Assembly: GCA_002633005.1 (NCBI GenBank)
Contig: NMRA01000303.1
Coordinates: 59,064 to 123,063 of the forward strand
Reading direction: 5' to 3'
Origin: Phoronis australis
Taxonomy: Eukaryota > Animalia > Phoronida
Length of the DNA stretch: 64,000 bases
Shown: piece after piece, positions 36,209 through 48,700 of the stretch
Layout of the letters: every line of letters starts with the position of its first letter
Position numbering within the stretch: the first letter of the stretch is position 1
Translations under genes and position numbers: made by a program
Notes under the pieces: model-generated
Seen by the model: only the letters and a program-made list of their open reading frames with translations
The model's database searches: none
What the model was told of the DNA's origin: nothing

Positions 36209-36846
36209 CTTCAGGTTTTTTGTTTAACCCTGTAGCTATGATAAAGCATCCCATGAAGTCTTAACTTCTTCCACTTAATTGTCACCAATGTTGTGGTTAA
36301 GGTAATTTGACCATTGTTTATGTGAGGTTCACCAGCAGTCAGACCATAGGTCATCACAATATAGGCAATATAGGTCAAGTCTTGCAGTCTGGCACATAGT
36401 TCACGAATTACATGCTTAGTGTATGGTTTGCAGGAAACTGATGTTTCGTTATGTCTGCGATAGAGGCGTGATAACGCGCGGTTCTGTGTGTGAAGGACAG
36501 GAATGACGAAGTGCATTAATATGCCTCTATTCCTAATCGCAAATACTACGCAGAGAGAGCGACATCTACTGAACAAACTAGGAACACATAATGTAACATA
36601 TGTGATCATGATGTTTCAGTAAAGAAATGACAAATTGTGTGTAAATGAGTGATCTCTGCCAGGACGTGGTTGGAGACATCAGCGCTCGGTAAACAGGTGC
36701 CTTTATAAGGAATTGTACTTTGCCTGATCGAATGTCGCTAATTTTGGACAAAATTGCAGGTCTTTCTTTTTTGTAAATGCTCACAATTTCTCTAAGTATT
36801 GTATGATGGTTGCCATGAATGTGTTATTTGTTGTAACAGTTACTTA

Positions 36847-37005
36847 CCGTAATCGTTCGGGTTAACGCCCATGCTCTGTTAACCACCCATCCCCGACTTT
36901 AAGTGGATTTTCGATTTAACCGCCCACTGCTCGGTTAAGCGCCCTCCCCCGATTTTTTGGATTCGCCAATTTAACCGCCCAGGGCGTTAACCCGAACGAT
37001 TACGG
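36847..37005. mobile_element. 159-bp Tc1/mariner(pogo)-type MITE
   Basis: TA TSD; perfect TIR CCGTAATCGTTCGGGTTAACGCCC / GGGCGTTAACCCGAACGATTACGG. Confidence 0.9.
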
Positions 37006-40000
37006 TATCTTGTATGATGCTACACATCTTTTAGGAAAAAGAGAAAAATGTTCACTCGTGTCCTGGGATCTAATCACGAAAAGTGACCTAATACTCGGGT
37101 CATAAATTTGGTCTGATGAAAAATAATTATTAATAAAACTTGAGTAAAAGTACAAAAGAATCTGAGAATATTCATGTAATTGGTAGTTACCGAGACAAGT
37201 TATAATTATTTTTAGACCGATATGCTCGAAACTTGTGAAGAGGGAGGGCAAGACCAAATTTCTGTCCAAGTCTTAATCACTTTCATGAAACAGAACCCAG
37301 GACTTGTCTTAGATATTACTGACAGCCAATTGCTGCTTATTAGGTTGCCACTGTGTTCAAGTACGAACAGCACCCTGAATTGTTACTGTATTACAATATA
37401 TTCTACCTCACCTGTCTGATGATTAGCTCCACCTCCACACCCTGAAATCTCCAAATTTGTACTTTGAAATACCCAGGATTGTCAGAACACCCTCAGCCCA
37501 ATTTCCGAGTTCCCCAATGTGTGCACCCTGTGCAGTAACACAGATAAGAAGGTATCTGCATGTATAAGGTTCAGTTCCACACAAAATTTTCTGTGTTGAG
37601 CTTGCAGTGATCTTCATGAAACATCAAGCTTTCAGTCAAAACCATGGGTCACACCTAGGCCCATTGTTCAAGCATTTGAGAAGCATATGGTTTGGTTTGT
37701 GAACAATCTGCATTTTGAAAAACTAATCCTTGTTAATGAAGGTGTGCATTGTAATGATTGGATTTGGATGAAATAAAACCAGTAAATTTCTGTTCACATT
37801 TTATTCACTTACTATGTCAGATGAATGTACAAATTGCTCTAAAATTGCAATAAATGGCTACAGGTTTACAATAATTATAGCATTCGATGACTGCTGTACA
37901 ATACACTTCCTGTAGACAGTCTACCACTTTATGGAAAGCAACAATTTTCAACGTTACCTTAAATCAGATCACTAGTTGAGTCTTGGAGACAGTTTCTGGC
38001 CTAGTCTGTATTAACTATCCTGACAATGGAATGAGACAGAAACGTACCAGGAAAAGACCTACGCCTCGGTTCAGCACTCTTTGCCATTGAACATGCACGA
38101 TGTCCGAGTCGCTGTTGAATTCAGGATATTTTACTGGGCAATTTCCATTGTTGTTAACCTGACAGGGCAACAGTAATTAACACACAAAAATATCTCCTGA
38201 GACCAACTAGGGACTGTACGTTCAGCAAAGAAGTCCTGTCTCACAGTATCAAGCTATGCATATATTTTAGAAACAACTAATTTACACAGGTGTGTGGGGA
38301 CACGCACTGCGTATCAGCCACGAGTTGCATGAACTGAATAGCACCCTGATTAAAACGAATAAAGGCATGTACCAATAGGGCCGTCCCAGATTAAATGGTG
38401 ATGGAAGTCTCCTTTTTCCCCGGATATAAGAAAGCATGTGACCAAGTTTTGGAAATCATTTCATGTCTCTCATTGATCTTGGGAAGGCAAAGAATTTCAG
38501 ATCACGCATCCACGGGTATTTGTTAAGTTCATCAAACTTTTCCACGATGGAGCACAGCACAGCAGTAATGCAACCGAGAAAATTTGTAAAGAATCGCTCG
38601 AGACAATAACAAATGACGTGAAACTCCCAACAGCATGAAAACGAGGCAGCAAATGTGCCTGACTGATGTCTATGGCATTGTGGGTAAATATGGTGAGATT
38701 CGAGTGTCACTGTGTAATCCGGGACGCCCCTATTGATATACTGTATCTCATACACATCAAATTGCATGTACTGATTGATATAGGATATCCTATTCCACAT
38801 CAAAATAATCGTGTTGGTTCTGCTGTTAAGCTTATGTGCAAGTGTTGCCATGACAACAGAAATACCTGCATGGGTGCACTATTCGGTGTTTAATTGAACA
38901 GCCGTAACATTTGAATATTTTTTTTAACATATTTCCCAACAGAAATGTATTCCTATACGAAACCTGTTCCTATTGTAGAATAATAAAAGTCCAAACTGGA
39001 TCCCTGTGCAAAAGAACACACCAAAACAAACCAACTAATCTATCACACTCAATTGACACGTTCATAAAACTACTCGAACCCTAAAGAGGTTGCTTTATCC
39101 TTAATAATTGCATTTAATTAAATATTGCTGATTTTCTGATTACAAGTGAAGCAATAGACCACTTGCGAGTTTCCAAACTTGGCACAACCGCACATGTATA
39201 TATCCTTGCACCAGGAAAACTAGCACGGTTGAAACCTTAGACGAATTCCAGCTGTGCAACAGGATAGCACCATGACGATACAGGAAGTGGGACAGGTATG
39301 CCATCATGCTTCGTAGCTCGCAACAGGTCTATTGGCTTCACTTACTTGAGTATTCTTGCACATTTCAATTTTGCAAGCCGTACCATGTGATTAAAAAACT
39401 GCAACCGAAAGTCCCAGAAACCCTTGTTGATGTTTCCATGCGCACACCTGGATTTACGTAAACCTTAAAAAATATACCATATATTGATGTTGGCCAAAGA
39501 ATTAATGCAGCAAAATTAATTCCTTTCTTACTCTGTAACACTTCTTACATCGATGTGTGCTCACTGCTTGCATAGCAAATGGTGAAGAAATATGGGATGC
39601 TCCTTTTTACAAATATTTCAGATATGTCTAGAAATCAACATCAGCTGTACAGACTCTTCATAAGGAACACGTAGGGCAAAGCTCATGAAGATTCATCTAA
39701 CAAAAGGCAGATGCAATGACCAATTGTCATCTGACCAAAAATGGACACTAGCAGAGCTATCCCCAGAGGGGCTAAAAGGGCAAGTAAATCTGAAACCAGG
39801 CAAGTGCCGTCTTTTTCCGTCATGAATGTTTAAATACAAAGTTCTATGAAGATCTGTGAAGGACCATGGTAGAAATGTAGGTGTACAGAAAGAAGACCTA
39901 AATTGCCACAAGAGAATGCCACAGTAATGCAACTCCCCCCCAAAATCGAGATCAGCTGTGCTCTCCTTAACAGGAACACGTGGAACTAATTTCGTGAAGG

Positions 40001-42518
40001 TCAACTGAGGCAAAGGCAAAAAACCTAATTGTAACAAGTTGAACCAGTTCAAAAATCAATGCCGATTGTGCTCTCAATAGAAGTCATACACCAAATTTCA
40101 TGAGGATACATCAAGAAACTATGTAGGTGTTGAGGCAGAGACAAAGGAACCACAATTGCTACTAGGGAGCACTAGTGTAGTAAAACCTGCTGAAAATCAA
40201 TGTTAACCTTACTCCTGGCATTGTTTGCTCTATGGGCATACAGCTGCCATCTTTCATGAAGATCATATTGAGGGCTTAGGAGATACTGCAGCAGACGCCA
40301 GCCAGACTGAGATGACCACAACATGCACCCACTTATGCATATATGGGAGCATAAAAATTTAGATGTAAATACTCTAATTTTCATGTCAACTGTACTCCGG
40401 CAAACTATAGTGATGCACCTAATTTCTTAAAAATCTTTCAACACATTTGTGCTTGGCTGTCAACTGGAATTCTGTTATAACCCAATTTGACAAAAAATAC
40501 AAGAGGCTACCTGCAATAATCTCATGATGACAGAGCTCAATTTCATTTCATTGATAACGTCCATAAGGTATGCTAAAATTGGACTCCTGCCAATAACAGT
40601 CCAGGTTATTTTAAGTTCTATAGAAACGACAGAAATGACTACGGCCAAAAACCCAAAGAGTAACTTATAGCATACAAAGTAAAATAACAAGCACCAACGG
40701 AAACAAAATTCCTAAATATAAAAATGTATGTAGCGCAAAGTAAAAAAATAGTTCTAACATGCCAATTGTAAATGCACCAGTCTGCTCAATGCAAATTGTA
40801 AATGCACCAGTCTGCTCAATGCTACTCGTAATTCCAATGCAACACAACACGTCTCTCATGAAACTTGTTATCCTGGACAATGTCAACAATGCAAGACATA
40901 ACCAGAGTTCAAATCTGCACACATTTTTTGTGACAGTGACACGATTTTATAGCTACTGCTTTATTGTACACACATAGCTGTTTGATCAAGTTTATAACTG
41001 TCAAAACAAGCATTTAGCCACAACTTTTCCAATTCATTCAGACTTCACAGAGGCCCATGCAGCACTCATTACAGTAGGTCAATCCTAAATTGCAAACTTC
41101 AAGCGAATAAATCCAAGGTATTGAATCTTCCCACTGAAACCACCAGTGAACTCCATTTGCACCGGATTTATCATGTGTTTTTGGGAATGCTGACTAGCTG
41201 TACTGAAAACAAATTCTTCCACCGCTAATGCGAACAAAATGGATTTCAAAGACTATGCTGCATGAGGTTTTAACGTAGTTGTAAATGAACATATACAATT
41301 TTTTGTTTTCTCTCTTGATACCAGTGCTGGGAGACTTCAAGCACATGATTTAGTCAGAATTTGAACTCAGGTATATCTTGATTTCATGAAATCAGGGTCC
41401 AGTTTACAATTTCAAGCAAAACAAATCCTAGGAAAAACCCTATCTGACACATTCATGCGAGTCGTTTGTTTTGCCCTTTCATGTAGTCTTGAAATGCAAA
41501 ATCTCCGCAATTATTACCCTTTCCACTCAAATCAATTTTTGCTGATAATTTTTCAGAAATACATTTACAAATAAAGGCACAAACATGCAGTTAGTATACC
41601 AGTGCTAGTACAACACTCCTACTTGTCAAAAGTACGTGGCGGGAGGTGGGATTCTACGAGCACACAACTGAGGTACACATCACCCACAAAAATATTTCAA
41701 AACATTTTACAAATGATTCTATTCGAAATATTCAACATGGACAACTTTATGAGCTTTGTGACACTTAACTTCCGGACAAAGTAAAAAATGCAAAACGACT
41801 CATCAGAAGACAAGACATGTACACTTATTTTAATTCATAGTAAGATTACTGTTCTTCACAAGTCTTCCAACTGACAGTAATCAACATTGCAATTGCTAAA
41901 ATTTATGTTTAACTTATCTTCTGACTATCAGAAAATAAGTTCACTCATCATCGACAGTACAGTAGACGTAAAAAGAAATCAGACAAAGTGACACGTAATT
42001 CCCCGTCACAACAGCTGGACACGAGCTGAATTCATTGCCATAGAAACCATCCATCGTGATCGTCAATGAAAAGGAACTTAACAGAAATTTAGAAGCACTA
42101 CTCTGTCATTAGAAATATGCTACAATGACCATTCATCATCTATCAACTCATGTGAAAGGTATTTATTGGCAGAGAAATGTTGTATCCCATTACTTTAGTA
42201 GAGTACTGGAATTTTTTTCTCTATGCAGAGCTAGGTCAGTTCACAATTCGCTGCCTCCATGATGTTATTGTGACATTTCACAAACGTGAAATGAACAGAA
42301 CTTGAAGTTCATGCCAAAAGAATTCAGAAAAAATTACCCAGAATTCATCACGCCTGAGAATGAAGATGAATTGACAGAAAATTAGAATTTTGCCCTTAAA
42401 GAATTAGGTGTTGTGACGGGAAAACGTTATTTTGTCTGCTAGTTCCTAGCGATTACTTCTGTACTGTAGGTCACACTCAATCCCAATCCATGCATAGTTG
42501 CTTTCTACAAGTCTCAAG

Positions 42519-42713
42519 TTATGTTGCGATTTGCGACATATCGGTTCTGAAGTCTGAAGTGGATGATGACTCGGATGATGACCGTGACGAGCGTGATAAC
42601 GGTGACGAGAAAGACGGCGAAGATGAAAATGTTTCTTCATCGTTTCCGAAGTAACGGTGGGACAAAGCTTCCTGAGCACTGAGGCGTGACCCTGGCTTGA
42701 ACTGAAGCATTTT
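42519..42713 (-). CDS. CDK6: CDK4/6 last coding exon with Ser-rich tail
   Basis: TTTGTAG|[22 protein letters not shown]...MSQIAT*. Confidence 0.93.
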   Translation of the reverse strand, partial: KMLQFKPGSRLSAQEALSHRYFGNDEETFSSSPSFSSPLSRSSRSSSESSSTSDFRTDMSQIAT

Positions 42714-45700
42714 CTACAAATCAAAGTGCAATGCTTCGTTAATGCTTTTTTACGACGACAGTACGGTAAAATGTTACAAAAAATTACAAAAACAATAATT
42801 TTTCAAAGGCGTCTAACATCCTTGTGAACATCCTTTCTCAAAACATTGTTCGATGGTACCTTTAGAATAGGACTTCAAACGATAAAAGCTTGCTAGTAAC
42901 CTTATATGGCAATTATGAAAAAACCACTTGTGTGCTGAATTGGTAAGATTTTACTGTTTTATTGCTGGGATCAGCTGCTCAATACAACTTTTTTACAGCC
43001 AAATATATACTACGATACATCAACCTGGCCAGCTGCACTACACAGGCCCTTCACAATAGCCATGCACTTGCAGAGAGAATTCTTTGCTTATGGAGTGTAA
43101 ACAGCAGGGCTTGGAATGACCAATGACAAAAACGCGGAAACTTTGAAACTTTTATTACGGCCCAAATCATGCCCCGATAACCAGCCTTGAAATGGTCAAT
43201 GTGACCCTTTCCCCGACAAAAATCGGGAGGACTAAAAAAAAAAACGTTACCACCATCAGTAGCATGCGTCTGCGTCCTTTTAGCTCGCCCGTCCACTCCC
43301 AACCCACACATTTTTGGCTGCAGAGCGGTAGTATTTGTCGCCGCGCTTAACAATAACACGAGACACCATTGAAAATCCCACCACGCTGTCCCAGATGCCC
43401 CGGCAATGTTGACAATTTACGTTCCTCCGAAACATAAAGAGCAACTTCCGCTTTTCGAGGTGAACGTCGGCTGCAACGCAGCAGTAAGAACGGAATTTGC
43501 CGCGGAAACTGTATATCAAATCCGATTTTTTTACGCGGAAATATTATAAAAAAGAGGAAAGCACATTTGAAAAAAGCGGAAATCCGCGTTTCCGCGGAAA
43601 ATTCCAAGCCCTGAAACAGTGACTTCTATCCCATAATGCAAAATCATTGACTAATCACTACAGTGGCTGACATTTTGCAAATATCTCCCCAAGCATACTC
43701 CAAGACAAAGATTTCATATAGAATCAAAATAAATTTGGTGCATATCATTATGCTGATTTCAGTGCCGAGAACATGGTTCTGTGTTGAGAAATCAACCACG
43801 ACACCGCAAAACATGGTTCTGTGTTGAGAAATCAACCACGACATCGCAAAACATGGTTGTGTGTTGAGAAATCAACCACGACACCGCAAAACATGGTTCT
43901 GTGTTGAGAAATCAACCACGACACCGCAAAACATGGTTGTGTGTTGAGAAATCAACCACGACACCGCAAAACATGGTTCTGTGTTGAGAAATCAACCACG
44001 ACACCGCAAAACATGGTTGTGTGTTGAGAAATCAACCACGACACCGCAAAACATGGTTCTGTGTTGAGAAATCAACCACGACACCGCAAAACATGGTTGT
44101 GTGTTGAGAAATCATACATGAAAAATGCAGCTAATTCTTGTGCTGTCCACTATTTTGCCAGAAGCTTCAACTTACTCACAAAATTACAGGAAACTTCAAT
44201 ATTCATACAGTGTTCATTTTAGAGGGATCATTTCTAAAATCACAAGTCAGACCAATGGCACTTCAAAAATATGGCAGGACAAATTGTCAAATCTTGAATT
44301 ATTTCAGCCCTAAAATCGCAGAATCAAAAGCCATATTGTAGTGCAGAATCATAGAAGGATGATATTGTGGTATTTTAGGGGGTGGGTCTATTTTTAACAT
44401 TTTCTCGAGGAGGTGTATTTCAACTACAAAAATCTCATCACAGGTCACACGTACTTAATGCTAAAGCAACACGTCTAGCTAAAACATGGGAGTACCCCCC
44501 CCCCCNCCCCCCCCCCCGTAACTTATTCACCTGTAATAGGTCCACGCCAAGTTCATCTAACTCAGGTACAATGGTGTCTAATGGTTTCCTAGGAAACCGA
44601 GGCAGTGAACTCCAGGATATGGATATGTCGTTAGGCCACAAGTTCTGGTCAGGCAAACCTATAACTCTGTTGGAAAGACAAGCGTGTAATTAACTACAAG
44701 CATGACATGACAAGTGGATCTCTTATAACGAGTTTTCTCAATGAGTTTACTTAGTCGTACCACAGAAAGTTGTAAAGAAATTCTAAAAACAATCATCAAC
44801 AATTAAAATTTCATCAAGTAGTCACAGTCTTCACATCCATACATCATATATCTGAAGACAGCGGCAAAAATTCTACTTCAAAAAAAGGGTTATGATTTTG
44901 CAGAGGTCTTCACAAACAAAATCAAAAATAAGAAAAAAATAAAAGTCAAGGAATAAGCAGGGTTGCGTTCTGTAGATCCAATACATAAGCCACACACATG
45001 CGGCGAGAAATTCTCACTTGTGGAACAGAAACGGTGTTTTCTCTGATAATTCAACAGCCCAAACTTGCCAACCTATCACTCGAGTGTTTGTCATTTTGCT
45101 AGGAACACTAGTAAGCCCATAAGCATGCTCACAACACAGTCACCTGATTTTGCGTTTTTTTTTCAATTTCTTGCCTATATGGAGCGCATTCCTGTTTACA
45201 AGCCCAACTGGTATTTGAGCTTCTTTTGTTCACAAAATAATGTTTGGAAAACTTGACAGAATATCAACCTTATAACTAAAGCAGACATACACTAAATTTC
45301 AACTTATGAGCCAGAAAGCTAACTTATAATTTAGGGGCACTATAGAAAATAGGGGCCTCCATGTCCTCGTCAGTCCTTTTATGTTTCATAGGTAAAACAA
45401 ATAACATTCTTACTCGAATATTTTGTTGAGCTGATCAATATCCGACTCTCCACGACACAGAGGCCTCCTGTTGACCATTTCGGCAAAAATACAAGCACAG
45501 CTCCAAATGTCGACTGGTGTGGCATACTCAGTCTGAAGAAGTACCTCCGGGGCACGGTACCACAGGGTCACGACCTCAACAAAGGAACAGTCATTACTAT
45601 TAAATTGTCACAATAATCAGCAAAGTACATCAACGTTTAAATGAAATCTAATGTTGATTTCACAATGTCGTGTGCCAAACATTAAAGACGGGGTGAACTC

Positions 45701-48700
45701 ACTAACCATAATTACAACAACAAAATATGTTGCAATGCAATAAACCTACAAAGGGGTCTCTTTACAATTGTCTCCTTACAATTATTACAATTATTGCCAT
45801 TTTCAAAAGGATACAAATCCCATGTTTTTCGGGGTACAGGCTTGCTGCTAGCACATACTTTCGATGTCATAAGATGGCAATGTCAAATAACACAAGCCAA
45901 CGTTTTCAGTAACGTTTTCGCATCGAAAAACATGACGAAACAACCAATTGCGGAAATGTCCCCAAGATGCAACCAGGCAAAAACAAAATACATGAAGAAT
46001 TGTTTGAAAATAATGTTTAACTTTTACACCATGTCAGTGTACACACCAACACTGACATTTAACTTTGAAGCACACTTGCAGTTTAACAGATATGTAAACA
46101 TAGACCTCATCAAAATATCACCATTTTTGTACTCTTCCAAGGAGATGGAGGGGTATCTGAGAAAAACATGGTTTGTACGCTTGTGAAAATTGTGATAACT
46201 GTGAATGGTCCCATACACCAAATGTCAAAAAAGCCAACTTATGATTTAGGCTACTAAGTTGCAAAGTATTGCTTCATTTTGATTTTGCTTTTGTCAGAAG
46301 AAATGCATCAAGTTGTGAAATGGAGTGAGTTGACCCTTCCAAGTTTTTAACGATTACTGTACTTTAAGTCAAGGATGGAGATAAAAGGCAGTACTTATTA
46401 TGGCTGAGCCTCAAACTAGTTTGAAGTAGCAAATTCTGGAGCTTCCAGCCACTGAAAAGCAAAACTTAATACTGCTAACAATACTGCTTACAATACTGCT
46501 GACAATACTGCTGACAACCTTACACCTGCTTTAAAATCTCACCAGTTATGGATGCTTAATGGTGGAAGAGTTGTATTTCATTATCTCGTAATGATTTACC
46601 ATTTCATTATCTCATAATGCTTTACCATTTCATTATCTCATAATGCTTTACCATTTCATTATCTCATAATGCTTTACCATTTCATTATCTCATAATGCTT
46701 TACCATTTCATTATCTCATAATGCTTTACCATTTCCATGTTCTGAACGGTAGCAAAAACCCGACATTCTCAACAATATCAGAAGTTATAGAAAACAAAAA
46801 GGGCAATTTTAGCGATGATATCTTTATCAGAAATTGACGATATTTTACTGCATTTTTCTAGCAGGGGTTGGTATGGTGGCAAATACATGCCCAACTCACC
46901 ACAGAGGTCAGAGACGTAGCAAAACTGTAGACCCTTGCCAGTCCGAAGTCGGCTAGTTTCAGCTGACCATTGCCAGTGATCAATATATTCTGAGGCTTGA
47001 GGTCACGATGAACCAGGCGATTGGAATGTAGGAAGTCGACGCCAACCAATAACTGTCGCATTAAGTCCTGTGGAAATATGAATATGATGAAGATTGTGTC
47101 CTCGTTACAACACATCCCAGAAAGGTTTCGTATCAATAACTGCGACGTCACTTTACGTCGGACGTTCTATGTTGAAATGTTCAACTTTGAACCAATATTT
47201 AAAGAATGAATTTTAACAACAGTTGCACACTTCAAATTGCCGAAAATATTGCAGTGCAATTTTGTTTCCCACATAGTGAGTCATAAAATGTAACTAAAAA
47301 CAGCTTACACGTATTTCCATTCAAACCAATCATATCCAGGTTTTGTTGTGTAATATTGATGGGTCAGTAGGAAGTTAAATAAAAACCTATCAACCAATAT
47401 CACACAATAAGTCAAGAACAATTGAATTGAAACTATCTTCACCTGGGTCAACACTGACGGCGTCGTAATGGAGAAACTCAAAATTAGGCGATATTTTAAA
47501 AATTTCAACAGCAGCATTTATGTCAGCTACATCACACAGCCAAGGGTCAGATACAACGTTGTCCGATTCACACCAAAACGCTGTTCGATTGTCACGCACA
47601 CGGACACTTGGAGCAGCTAAAATTTCAGACTCCTATTTAATTGAGACAAACAATTAGCCAAAACATAATCGAAGAGAAATGAAATTAAATGACTTCAACT
47701 GATGTACAGTGCTTATTGCATATTCTTAACCCCTCAGGAGCAGGCATATACCTACGCCTGGGTGTTGACCCTAATGAGTATGGTTATAAAATTAACATGC
47801 ACAGATCTAGACTCACAACTGAAACCATGTCAAACCCTACAATCGCTAGCATTAAAATGATACAAAATCATAAAAATGCTAATCCCAGTATACCGGTACA
47901 TGTAAACTGTAGCCATCAAACCACAATAAACGTGAAAAATAAGACAAGATCAAAATTTTGGGCATGACCCCATTAGGGGCATAACCCCATTAGGGGCATA
48001 TGTCATAGACAGCAGAGCACTGGTGAGTAAAGATAGCGTAAACACTTGCTGTGCAGGGAGATATCTCACCAAGACTTGAGTAATCATACTATTTCACCAG
48101 TGTCTTGCGTCTACGGCCCAGGTGAAAGGCCATTGAGTTGCCAGTGGCAACAAACAATGGTCAAGGTGGTATGACCACGTCAAACAAAGGATGAAATTAA
48201 AATAAATGTCGGATTCTAAACATAAAGAAAAGCCACAAGTGCAACTACTATTACAAACTGACAACACCAATAGGGAACCAAATTGGCATACTTCCCAAAA
48301 AGGTTTACTTACCTTCTGCCCAGCTAAACATTAGAGAGTGTATTGATTAGAAAACCAGCATGTGTAACTTCTTTTTGTTCGTGGTTCCCACTGTTTCATG
48401 GATTGCGCTTTCACTTTTCAAGAGTTTTCCAGTATTTTTTTCTTTTTCCACTAGTTGTTTCCCACAGACAATAAATAGTAATTTTAACGAATTGCACTCA
48501 TGCCAAGCATAACTGAATGCACGAACAACAGAATATGTTTAGTAAAATGAAGGATTTTTATTTGTTTTGTACAATTTGCCATGAGTTTTCCATTTTCTAT
48601 GCATTTTCCAAAGAAGGGAACTATTTTGTCATTTATCAGGTTCAATACACAGGAACCATGTAAAACACTGCAGCTACTTTCTGAAACAGTCCTTCAAGTG

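Noticed and set aside
36360-36838. Possible LTR upstream of the gag relic
   Set aside because: A TG start is plausible, but no clean CA end, PBS or second LTR was found
44494-44517. Poly-C/G tract with an N near a CDK donor site as a G-quadruplex element
   Set aside because: An ambiguous base indicates uncertain homopolymer assembly (likewise N at 21119); cannot be interpreted
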